From Candidatus Omnitrophota bacterium (GTDB lineage Bacteria > Omnitrophota > Gorgyraeia > Zapsychrales > Zapsychraceae): 64,000 nt of DNA. Made by a program: the position numbers and the translations under genes. Each line of letters opens with the position of its first letter. Within the stretch, counting starts at the first letter, position 1. Below, piece by piece: positions 46,817 to 55,231 of this stretch. The DNA is taken from the NCBI GenBank assembly GCA_035292445.1, contig DATDQB010000017.1, forward strand, positions 55,051 to 119,050, in the 5' to 3' direction. The notes under the pieces are model-generated. The model saw only the letters and a program-made list of their open reading frames with translations. It was not told where the DNA came from and searched no databases.

Positions 46817-48309
46817 TAAGAAGATTAGTGACCATATTGAACGGGCTTGTGTTTCTAAGTTTTTGTCTAACAAGCTGCCCCTTGCACGCCGCCGATCTGA
46901 CCTTCGTGGACGAATACTTGTCCCCAGAGCTCTCCAAAAAGGTTTCCATGGATTTTCAAAACGCACAGCTGAATAACGTTTTAAAAATCCTGTCGCAGCA
47001 ATCGGGGATGAATTTCGTCGCCTCCGACACAATCGCCAATAAAGAAATCAACCTTTATTTGGACAATGTGCCCGTTTGGGAAGCGCTGGAGAGGATTCTC
47101 GAGGCCAACAGCCTCACCTACGAAGTGCGGCCCGGAAGCAACATTTTCATGGTGAAGGAGCTGAAGAAGGCAACCAAAGATTTGATCTCCCGCATCTACC
47201 AGTTGAACCACGCCACCGTTCCTTCTCATCTTCTCAATTCAACACTAACTTTTGATGAATCCCTCGGGTCCGATTCGTCCAGCTCATCCAGCGATTCTTC
47301 ATCGACGTCAGAAGATGCAGAGGGGATTGTGGCAGCCGTCAAAATGGTCTTATCAGAAGACGGCTCCGTTGTTGAAGACAGAAGAACCAATAGCCTCATT
47401 GTCACGGACTATCCGAGCCAATTTTCCCTGATTGAACAAACCATCGCCCGGCTGGATGTTCGCATCCCGCAAATACTGATCGAAGCTGAAATGCTGGACA
47501 TCACCAAAAACACAGCTGATTTATTGGGGGCCAAATTCAGCGGAGAGTTCTTCAAGCTGACCCAGGGCTCTTCAAAACAGGTCATATTTCCTTTCGATGA
47601 CAAAGATAACTCGCTCCCAGGGGGCCTCAACACATATCCGGACCTCAGTCTGGCCTCTTTTAAAGGTTTCAACGTTCTCATCCAATTCTTACGGACACAA
47701 ACAGACACCAAAAACCTTGCCAGGCCGCGTATCCTGACTCTTAATAACCAAACAGCCACCATTGCTATTAAAACAGATGAAGCCGTCGGAATTGAACAGA
47801 ATTCATCAGGAATTGGAGGATCGGAGTCTCAAACGATTGAGGCCGAACGGACAGAAACCGGCGTATTCCTAAAAGTGACCCCTTACGCAAATATCTACTC
47901 GCGTGAGATTACGATGGCCGTGGAACCGAAAGTCATTCAAGCCAGAACGGGAGCCACGTTTTCTGGCCAAAGCTTCAAAGACCCGGAAGAAAGAGGCTCA
48001 AAGAGTATCTTGCGTATCATGGATGGAGATACTATCATTATAGGAGGACTTTTGAGAACAGATATTACCGACATACGAACGAGCGTTCCGGTTATCAGCA
48101 AAATCCCTATTGTAGGCGCTGCTTTTCGCCACAAAGATAAAAAGGAAGATCAACGAGAGCTCATCGTCTTTTTAACGCCGCACATCGTGAAAGAGCATTT
48201 GGTTTCCAACGATCGGGACAAAGAGAGAAGCTTTGCCAGAGAACAAGACGCTCCGTCAGGATCCCGCTGGCAAACGATCAACGACAACCTTTCATTAATG
48301 GGCCGATAA
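46813..48309 (+). CDS. Secretin (PilQ/GspD family)
   Basis: STN-like N-domain, DRRTNSLIV, QILIEA, TIIIGGLL, VPVISKIPIVGAAF, RELIVFLTPHI. Confidence 0.92.
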   Translation: MIRRLVTILNGLVFLSFCLTSCPLHAADLTFVDEYLSPELSKKVSMDFQNAQLNNVLKILSQQSGMNFVASDTIANKEINLYLDNVPVWEALERILEANSLTYEVRPGSNIFMVKELKKATKDLISRIYQLNHATVPSHLLNSTLTFDESLGSDSSSSSSDSSSTSEDAEGIVAAVKMVLSEDGSVVEDRRTNSLIVTDYPSQFSLIEQTIARLDVRIPQILIEAEMLDITKNTADLLGAKFSGEFFKLTQGSSKQVIFPFDDKDNSLPGGLNTYPDLSLASFKGFNVLIQFLRTQTDTKNLARPRILTLNNQTATIAIKTDEAVGIEQNSSGIGGSESQTIEAERTETGVFLKVTPYANIYSREITMAVEPKVIQARTGATFSGQSFKDPEERGSKSILRIMDGDTIIIGGLLRTDITDIRTSVPVISKIPIVGAAFRHKDKKEDQRELIVFLTPHIVKEHLVSNDRDKERSFAREQDAPSGSRWQTINDNLSLMGR

Positions 48310-48313
48310 CGGT

Positions 48314-50083
48314 ATGCCTCGCTTAAAACTTGGTGAAATCTTAATCAAGCATGGCCTCATCAGCGAAGCCCAGCTCAAACAGGCCATGGAAACGCAGCAA
48401 AAAGAAAAAGGCCGCATTGGCGAGATCCTGATTAAAATGGGGGCCGTCAGCGAAGAAGACATGACCGCGACCCTGGGAGAGCAGCTGGGCCTTCCGTACT
48501 ATTCCTACACGGCCACGGAAAAAGCCGAACTCCTTAAACCCGCCTCCAATCAAAATCTTGAAAAAATAGTACCGGTTGACTTTGCGAAAAAAAACAATGT
48601 TTTGCCCCTGTCAAAAAATATAAACAATCTGATATGCGCCGTTGCGGATCCTTTAGATCTACTGCTGCAAGATAATTTGCGCCGCATCGTGGGCTGTGAC
48701 ATCCAATTGGTCATCGCCACCGAAACGAACATTCAAAAAGCCATTACCGATTTCTATTTTTCTGACAAACACCGCGACGACGGAAAAAAATCGTCCATGC
48801 TCAACCAGGCCGTTGAAAGCACTTACGCCCCCCAAAAATTTGAAGCTTCAGACACCGCAGCCGCCCCTAGAGAATCCGAAAATGTCAGCGATAAATCCGA
48901 TCTGAGCTTAGATAAACTCATCGAAAAAGCGGGCGAAGCCCCTGTCATCAAATTGGTCGACCTTATTATCCGTCAGGCGATTGATGAACGTGCCAGTGAT
49001 ATTCATATCGAACCCTTCGATAATAAAATCATCCTTCGTTACCGTATTGACGGCAACCTTTACACCATTCCTCCGCCGGCGCCCCATCTGCACTTGGCCA
49101 TCGTTTCCCGTATCAAAATTTTGGCCAAACTGGACATTGCGGAAAAACGTCTTCCGCAAGACGGGGCCATTTCGGTAAAACTGGAAGACCGCGTGGTTGA
49201 CATCCGTATTTCTACCGTGCCGACCGTCTGGGGAGAAAAAGTCGTCATGCGCCTTCTTGATAAAGGCGCCGTGAAATTGGAACTTTTTGGGTTGGGATTC
49301 GATCAAACACAAATCGATTGCCTGAAAAAAGCCCTTGCAAGACCTTATGGGCTCTTTTTCGTCACCGGCCCTACCGGCAGCGGTAAATCAACAACCCTTT
49401 ATTCCTGCTTAAATGAGACCATTGACCCCCGCGTCAACGTTGTCACGGTTGAAGACCCGGTCGAATATAAAATCGAAGGGATCAATCAAGTCGCCGTCAA
49501 GCCGGAAATTGGCCTGACATTTGCAACCGCCTTAAAGGCCTTCTTGCGCCAGGACCCTGACATCATTATGGTCGGCGAGGTGCGTGATTTGGAAACCGCT
49601 TCCATCTGCGTACGGGCTGCTTTAACAGGCCACTTTGTCTTAAGCACCCTGCACACCAATGACGCGGCCTCGGCCATCACGCGGCTTATTGATATCGGCA
49701 TTCCCAGCTATCTGTTGACCCCATCGCTGGTGCTCATCCTGGCCCAACGGCTCGCCCGGCGCCTTTGCCCGAAATGCAAAGAAGCCTACGAGCCAGACCC
49801 GGCCCAGCATGGCGGCATCAAATTCAAAAGTGATCTCATCTACCGGGCCAAGGGCTGCGAAGCTTGCAACAATTCGGGGTATAAAGGGCGCATCGTGGTG
49901 GCGGAAACATTGCTTGTTGATGATGAGATGAAAAAAATAATCAGCAAAGGGGCCACGGATCAAGAGATTAAAACTGCGGCCCGTAAAAATGGTATGACGA
50001 CCATATTTGATTCAGGCATCCGCCTCGTTGAACAGGGGTTTACCAGTTTTGAAGAAGTCGCAAGAGTCAGTGTAGACCAATAA
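48314..50083 (+). CDS. pilB: Pilus extension ATPase (PilB/GspE) with N-terminal MshEN domain
   Basis: GPTGSGKSTT, LRQDPDIIMVGE, STLHTND, tetracysteine motif; tandem KLGEILI..G / RIGEILI..G motifs. Confidence 0.92.
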   Translation: MPRLKLGEILIKHGLISEAQLKQAMETQQKEKGRIGEILIKMGAVSEEDMTATLGEQLGLPYYSYTATEKAELLKPASNQNLEKIVPVDFAKKNNVLPLSKNINNLICAVADPLDLLLQDNLRRIVGCDIQLVIATETNIQKAITDFYFSDKHRDDGKKSSMLNQAVESTYAPQKFEASDTAAAPRESENVSDKSDLSLDKLIEKAGEAPVIKLVDLIIRQAIDERASDIHIEPFDNKIILRYRIDGNLYTIPPPAPHLHLAIVSRIKILAKLDIAEKRLPQDGAISVKLEDRVVDIRISTVPTVWGEKVVMRLLDKGAVKLELFGLGFDQTQIDCLKKALARPYGLFFVTGPTGSGKSTTLYSCLNETIDPRVNVVTVEDPVEYKIEGINQVAVKPEIGLTFATALKAFLRQDPDIIMVGEVRDLETASICVRAALTGHFVLSTLHTNDAASAITRLIDIGIPSYLLTPSLVLILAQRLARRLCPKCKEAYEPDPAQHGGIKFKSDLIYRAKGCEACNNSGYKGRIVVAETLLVDDEMKKIISKGATDQEIKTAARKNGMTTIFDSGIRLVEQGFTSFEEVARVSVDQ

Positions 50084-50105
50084 TTATTGTTAGAAGGAGT
50101 ACGAA

Positions 50106-51347
50106 TTGCCCAAATTTTCCTATACAGCAAAAGACGCGTCCGGTAAAACCATCAAAGACGTCATGGATGCCCCTAGTCAAAACACAGTGGTGGAGCGCCT
50201 GCAAAAAAAAGAGCTCTTTGTTATCAATATTAATGAGCTGTCTTTCTCTTCTCCGGCGGCCAAAAGAGCCCTTGCCAAAAAGAAAAAAACAAAACGCTTC
50301 ACTCATAAAAAGGTCAAACTCGGCGACTTGCTCACCTTTGCGCGCCAATTGGCCACCATGCTGGAAGCCGGTGTTTCCATGATCCGAAGCCTGGATGTTA
50401 TCTGTTCCCAAATTCAAAGCGAACAATTCCATAAGGTCGCAAGAAAAATACGTGATGATGTGGAACAAGGGGGCGCTTTAAGTAACGCCTTGTCCAATCA
50501 TCCCAAGGTTTTTAACCAATTCTGGACTAGTTTGATCGAGGTTGGAGAGGCCTCAGGAACGATTCCCGTAGTTTTAAATAAGCTGACTTTCTATCTGGAA
50601 CAACAAGCAAAATTCAGATCAACCATCATTTCGGGGTTGATCTATCCGGCCATTCTCTTTACTGTTTCCATGGGAGCGGTCGCCTTTTTTGCCTTATTCG
50701 TAGGGCCGCGGTTTGAAAGTATTTTTGAATCCATGGACGTGGACTTGCCTGTAATCACCGTTATTTTACTGGCGGTCTTCAAATTCATTAAAAGCAACAT
50801 TTTGTTCTTAATTGCCGGCGTTGCTTTATCTATTTTTCTATTTCGTAAATACATAAAAACATACCATGGCCGACTGCAATGGGAGAAATTCATGTTTGCT
50901 TTGCCCCAAGCCGGGGAAGTGTACCGTTTGATTATCGTTGAACGCTTCGCATCACAAATGGCCATTTTGATTGACTCCGGAGTTCCCATTCTTTATGCTT
51001 TGGACATTACAGAGCGGCTCGTTGACAACAACACCTGTGCACTGATTGTTAATGATATCAAGGAAGCGGTCAGGGAAGGGGTTCTTTTGGCCGATCCTAT
51101 GGAAAAAAGCGACTTCTTTCCGGCCATGGCTGTTCAAATGGTGCAGGTGGGGGAGGAAACAGGAGAGCTCAGTAAGATGTTAAAGCATGTTTCCGCTTTT
51201 TACCAGGATCACATCGAAACATTCATGTCCCGTTTTGCAACGATTGTCGAACCTTTTATGCTGGTTTTTATGGGGGCGATCATCGGCACCATCGTCTTGG
51301 CTATGTTCCTTCCCATGTTTAACATTGCTCAGCTGGGAGGGGGATAA
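50106..51347 (+). CDS. pilC: Inner-membrane platform protein (PilC/GspF)
   Basis: RQLATMLEAGV, GEASG, GEETGEL, FLPMF. Confidence 0.93.
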   Translation: MPKFSYTAKDASGKTIKDVMDAPSQNTVVERLQKKELFVININELSFSSPAAKRALAKKKKTKRFTHKKVKLGDLLTFARQLATMLEAGVSMIRSLDVICSQIQSEQFHKVARKIRDDVEQGGALSNALSNHPKVFNQFWTSLIEVGEASGTIPVVLNKLTFYLEQQAKFRSTIISGLIYPAILFTVSMGAVAFFALFVGPRFESIFESMDVDLPVITVILLAVFKFIKSNILFLIAGVALSIFLFRKYIKTYHGRLQWEKFMFALPQAGEVYRLIIVERFASQMAILIDSGVPILYALDITERLVDNNTCALIVNDIKEAVREGVLLADPMEKSDFFPAMAVQMVQVGEETGELSKMLKHVSAFYQDHIETFMSRFATIVEPFMLVFMGAIIGTIVLAMFLPMFNIAQLGGG

Positions 51348-51495
51348 GGCTAAAAACTCCCTCTAGCGAAAATACTTCAAAAAATACTATTCAAACCACT
51401 CGATTTTCGCTAAATTTATTATATAATAAAGGCGTAGATAGAGCTTGGCTGTTTGACATGGGGCACCCTAATATGCTATACATTATGTAGGATAG

Positions 51496-51599
51496 GTTAT
51501 TGTCCAAGGGTAAACCATTCGAAAGAGTGGGGCACAAAGCTAAAGGGCCCGGGAGTCCAAGTCAGATATTGGATGGGGGGGCAGCCAGCTACCAATAAT
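51496..51599 (+). ncRNA. Cyclic di-GMP-I (GEMM) riboswitch upstream of the major pilin
   Basis: AGGGTAAACCATTC-GAAA-GAGTGGGGCACAAAGC...GCAGCCAGCTACC matches the GEMM core; P1 is ttattg/caataa. Confidence 0.9.
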
Positions 51600-51610
51600 C
51601 GAACCAAAAT

Positions 51611-51641
51611 GCCTATTCTACGAATGTGGAATAGGTTTTTT
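51611..51641 (+). terminator. Riboswitch expression-platform terminator
   Basis: gcctattctac-gaat-gtggaataggt followed by a T run. Confidence 0.85.
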
Positions 51642-51689
51642 ATTAGGGTGAATTTAGTGTAAAACTTTAAATAAAAGGAGTTAGCAAAC

Positions 51690-52106
51690 ATGAAACTCAA
51701 TCGCAGAAGTGGCTTTACCTTACTTGAAATTATCATTGTTATCATTATTGTAGGTGTTCTTGCTTCTTTGGCTTTACCTCGATTCTTCAGTACAGTCGAA
51801 TTCTCCAGATCAACAGAAGCACTTACATCCATGTCCACCGTTCGTCAATCCATTGAACGATGCTACATAGCATCAAACAATAACTATTCCTCATGCATCA
51901 TTGGTGCTATTGACGTTGAAAACCCAGGAATCTCACCAGGGGCTCACTTTACCTACGTGGTCACCGTAGCGCCTACTACTTTCCGAATTGTGGCCCAAAG
52001 AAACGCTGTTAATGCTGGGGACGGCACATCAACAATTAGCCTTGGAGGCAGTTCGGGTGCTGGTGTTGCTAGAAGCGGTAGTGGTGTATTCGTTGGTATC
52101 AAATAA
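51690..52106 (+). CDS. Type IV major pilin (probable)
   Basis: RRSG|FTLLEIIIVIIIVGVLA; AAGGAG RBS; bracketed by the riboswitch and a long hairpin. Confidence 0.88.
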   Translation: MKLNRRSGFTLLEIIIVIIIVGVLASLALPRFFSTVEFSRSTEALTSMSTVRQSIERCYIASNNNYSSCIIGAIDVENPGISPGAHFTYVVTVAPTTFRIVAQRNAVNAGDGTSTISLGGSSGAGVARSGSGVFVGIK

Positions 52107-52132
52107 CCCGTTCTTTACAACGGCTTAAGTTT

Positions 52133-52177
52133 ACAGAAACATCGAAGCTTTGACTTTCAAGGCTTCGATGTTTCTGT
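52133..52177 (+). terminator. Long (~21-bp) hairpin after the major pilin
   Basis: acagaaacatcgaagctttga-ctt-tcaaggcttcgatgtttctgt. Confidence 0.75.
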
Positions 52178-52208
52178 GTAAGGCTACGAAAGAAGGGGTT
52201 GATGAACC

Positions 52209-52640
52209 GTGATTTTTTCCCATTTTAAAAAGAAATTCGCTCCCCAAGGCTTTACCTTAATAGAAGTAGCCGTCACCATCATACTTATAGGGGTGGTCGT
52301 GTCACTGGCCTTACCGCAATTCTCCATCACGACCAAACGCTCCCGCTCTTCCGAAGGCGTCCAAATCCTCTCTGCCATATGGAGAGCCCAGAACTTATAC
52401 ACTTTTGAAAATGGTTCGGCAGCTGGCAACTTAACCGATCTCGACATCGAAATTCCATCGCCTCTGACTAATTTCAACACACCTGTTTTATATACAACCG
52501 ATGGACAAACCGCTTATATTGTCGACAATAATAGCGATTATCGCTTGTACATCGATACTACCGGTACCATTACCTGTGATGACACCCCGGGCTTGGCCGG
52601 CATATGTGCGAAGATGGCTTTTGCCGCCTACCCGTACTAG
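52209..52640 (+). CDS. Type IV pilin-like protein
   Basis: QG|FTLIEVAVTII. Confidence 0.88.
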   Translation: MIFSHFKKKFAPQGFTLIEVAVTIILIGVVVSLALPQFSITTKRSRSSEGVQILSAIWRAQNLYTFENGSAAGNLTDLDIEIPSPLTNFNTPVLYTTDGQTAYIVDNNSDYRLYIDTTGTITCDDTPGLAGICAKMAFAAYPY

Positions 52641-52656
52641 GCAAGAAAAGGCACAA

Positions 52657-53043
52657 ATGAATTGGATAGTTCGTAAAAAAGGGTTTAGCTTGATAGAAGT
52701 GATAACGGCCCTTCTCGTTGTTGCCGCTATTACCGGTATTGCCCTTCCTAGATTTACGCTGCAGCTGGAACGAACAAAAAGCGCGGAAGCCGTTCATATC
52801 CTGGAATCCATTTACAACGCCCAACGGGCCTACTTTTATGAATATCAGGCCTATGCGAGCGCGCTCTCCGCCTTGGATGTCACCGTGCCGGCGCCGGAGG
52901 GTTTCAACGCCCCAACAGCCGCTTCGAGCGATCCCATTGCCAGCATCGCGAGCAAAAGCGGAAATTATACGTTAAGAATAGATAGCGCCGGGGCCTTGAG
53001 CTGTGTCGGTACCGGTACCATCTGCACCCAATTGGGATATTAA
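52657..53043 (+). CDS. Type IV pilin-like protein
   Basis: MNWIVRKKG|FSLIEVI; start reassigned to ATG 52657. Confidence 0.88.
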   Translation: MNWIVRKKGFSLIEVITALLVVAAITGIALPRFTLQLERTKSAEAVHILESIYNAQRAYFYEYQAYASALSALDVTVPAPEGFNAPTAASSDPIASIASKSGNYTLRIDSAGALSCVGTGTICTQLGY

Positions 53044-53058
53044 AATGAAGGAGAAACG

Positions 53059-53469
53059 ATGAGATCAAGAACCGGTTTTACTTTAGTAGAATTAATGGTC
53101 GTGGTCGTCATTATCGGTATCCTGGCCAGCTTTGCGCTGCCCCAATATCAAAAGGCGGTGCGGAAAGCTCATGAACGCGACGCGGTTATCCAACTCACCT
53201 CGTTGCATGCCGCCAATATCATGTATGAAGCAAAACAAGACGCCTATTTGGCAGGGAACCCTTTAAACTTAGCTCAAATCAATAGCGGCCTTAACCTGAA
53301 TATCATAGCCAATGATATGACGTACTCCTATACCAGCACGGTCGCAACAGCCTACACGGCAACGGCCGCATGGACTGATTTTACTGTTCGAGTTAATCAG
53401 ACGCCTATTGCTGCTGGCACCAACCCTTGCTGTTCAGCCGGTACTTGTCCGACTTTACCGGCCTGTTAA
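53059..53469 (+). CDS. Type IV pilin-like protein (PilE-like)
   Basis: TG|FTLVELMVVVVIIGILA. Confidence 0.9.
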   Translation: MRSRTGFTLVELMVVVVIIGILASFALPQYQKAVRKAHERDAVIQLTSLHAANIMYEAKQDAYLAGNPLNLAQINSGLNLNIIANDMTYSYTSTVATAYTATAAWTDFTVRVNQTPIAAGTNPCCSAGTCPTLPAC

Positions 53470-53478
53470 AGACGCGAT

Positions 53479-53823
53479 ATGCTAAAAATTCTTAAAAAAG
53501 AGGGGTTCGCATCTATCGTGGAAGTGATCGTGGCTTCCATTATCTTTCTGGTGACAGCCTTCGGGATATTTGCCGCTATCTCCATGCTACGGCCCCAAGG
53601 AACGACGTCCATCAAACGGCTCGAAGCCGTTTTGGCCGGGAAACGCGTCATCGATGAAATAAGGGCGGATGTCTACGGCAACCTTTGGGCCAGCGGTAGC
53701 CCTTTAGACACTGGGACGCTTTACACTCAAACCATCGGCTCTGTTACGGTCAATTATTATACCGCGGATGTCCCGAACCTTCCTTTAAGGAAATTGTATA
53801 TGAATGTTTCCTATCCCGATTAA
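53479..53823 (+). CDS. Minor pilin (PilV/GspI-like)
   Basis: KEGFASIVEVIVA: variant class III signal. Confidence 0.7.
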   Translation: MLKILKKEGFASIVEVIVASIIFLVTAFGIFAAISMLRPQGTTSIKRLEAVLAGKRVIDEIRADVYGNLWASGSPLDTGTLYTQTIGSVTVNYYTADVPNLPLRKLYMNVSYPD

Positions 53824-53828
53824 GGGTT

Positions 53829-54488
53829 ATGGCAAATATGATCAAGATGACAACACAAAAAGGGTTAACGTTGACGGAACTGCTGGTGGCGTCTTTTTTA
53901 ATGGGCATCGTGATGGTCGGGATTGCCGGCTTTAGCGTAACGATCAAACGCATGCAGGATACAACGGATAAGCAGGCGATTTTGGCCATTCAAACGATAG
54001 CCGCCATGACCCATATGGAAAGGAATATTTCAAGGACCATCGGGGGTCAAAGCGATCAGGGTTATGCCTCCGGTAATGCGGGCACGCCAAACCGTGCTTA
54101 TTGGTCTTTCCGGCAGGACCCTTCGAACACGCCATACAATACTTCCGATGATACCTGGCGGATCTATTTCCGCAGAACGACCGGAGGCGCCCCAACATTC
54201 GAATTAAGAACCTGTGTCCAGCCGGCAGGGGCCGGAGCCGCTCAAGGGCCCATCCCAAGTTTCCTAGGAAGTGACCCGTGCGGCCAGCCAAACATCCAAA
54301 GAGTTATCAATAAAATTCAAAGTTTTTCCATTGTCCAAACAGTCAATAATTCGCCTTCGACTCTGGACTTTTATTATACAGCAACCATCACCGCCCGCTT
54401 CAACCCTTCGGCAGCGGCTGAGCCTATTGATAATCCTGATTATACCTTAAGCACCCGCGTTCACGCGCCGGGCCACAGCTGGAATTAA
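53829..54488 (+). CDS. Minor pilin (PilW/GspJ-like)
   Basis: KG|LTLTELLVA. Confidence 0.75.
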   Translation: MANMIKMTTQKGLTLTELLVASFLMGIVMVGIAGFSVTIKRMQDTTDKQAILAIQTIAAMTHMERNISRTIGGQSDQGYASGNAGTPNRAYWSFRQDPSNTPYNTSDDTWRIYFRRTTGGAPTFELRTCVQPAGAGAAQGPIPSFLGSDPCGQPNIQRVINKIQSFSIVQTVNNSPSTLDFYYTATITARFNPSAAAEPIDNPDYTLSTRVHAPGHSWN

Positions 54489-55231
54489 TGCACCGATTCT
54501 ATTGCCCCAACGCTGATTTCTCTTCAAAAGAGATCACCCTTACCGACAAGGAAGAAATACACCATTTACGTGACGTTTTGCGCTTAAAACCGCCTGGTTT
54601 GATCCAATTATTCGATGGCAAGGGGAAAGAGGCCACAGCAACCATCTGTTCGATCTCTCCCCAGAAAGTTGTCGTAGCCGTTGAAAAGCTTACCCATGCA
54701 CCTGTGCAAACGTTAACGCTGACCCTCGCCTGCGCGATCCCCAAAAAAAGCAAATTCGAGACCATTATTGAAAAGGCGACGGAGTTGGGGGTTGATGAGA
54801 TCATTCCGCTTAAAACAAAAAGGACCGAAGTTGATCTAAAGGGAGAGAGGCTTCATAAAAAACTGGCGCGTTTTCAAACGGTCGCCGTCAACGCGGCCAA
54901 ACAATGCCAGAGGGAGAGGCTTCCTATCATTCACCCAACGATGGAATTTCAATCGGCCGTTGATAAATTGACAGCCGATTCGTTTATCGTTATCCCCGCC
55001 CTCATCAAAAAGCGTAAAAAATTATTCGAGGCCCTGCCGGCCGTGAAAGACAACCTGAAAATAGCCATCTTGATCGGCCCCGAGGGGGATTTTACCCCGG
55101 AGGAATATTCTTATGCCCTTGAAAAGGGGGCGCATCCCGTGTCTTTAGGGAAAACAGTTCTGAAAGTCGAAACAGCGGCTCTGTCCGCTTTGGCCGGCAT
55201 CCAGCTTTTCTATCAGCATGAACCTTCTTAA
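54488..55231 (+). CDS. rsmE: 16S rRNA m3U1498 methyltransferase
   Basis: HHLRDVLR, EKATELGV, IGPEGDFT, LKVETA. Confidence 0.94.
   Translation: MHRFYCPNADFSSKEITLTDKEEIHHLRDVLRLKPPGLIQLFDGKGKEATATICSISPQKVVVAVEKLTHAPVQTLTLTLACAIPKKSKFETIIEKATELGVDEIIPLKTKRTEVDLKGERLHKKLARFQTVAVNAAKQCQRERLPIIHPTMEFQSAVDKLTADSFIVIPALIKKRKKLFEALPAVKDNLKIAILIGPEGDFTPEEYSYALEKGAHPVSLGKTVLKVETAALSALAGIQLFYQHEPS

Noticed and set aside
47265-47310. Ser-rich low-complexity stretch in the secretin
   Set aside because: Common flexible insert in secretin N-domains, with no DNA-level periodicity.
51364-51412. 10-bp inverted repeat tagcgaaaat...attttcgcta after pilC
   Set aside because: Long loop and AT-rich context; could be a weak terminator but there is too little support.
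51496-51599. Riboswitch as the cGAMP-sensing GEMM-Ib variant
   Set aside because: The discriminator position is G, not A.
51453-51662. 69-aa ORF upstream of the pilin
   Set aside because: It overlaps the promoter, riboswitch and terminator and has no recognisable protein features.
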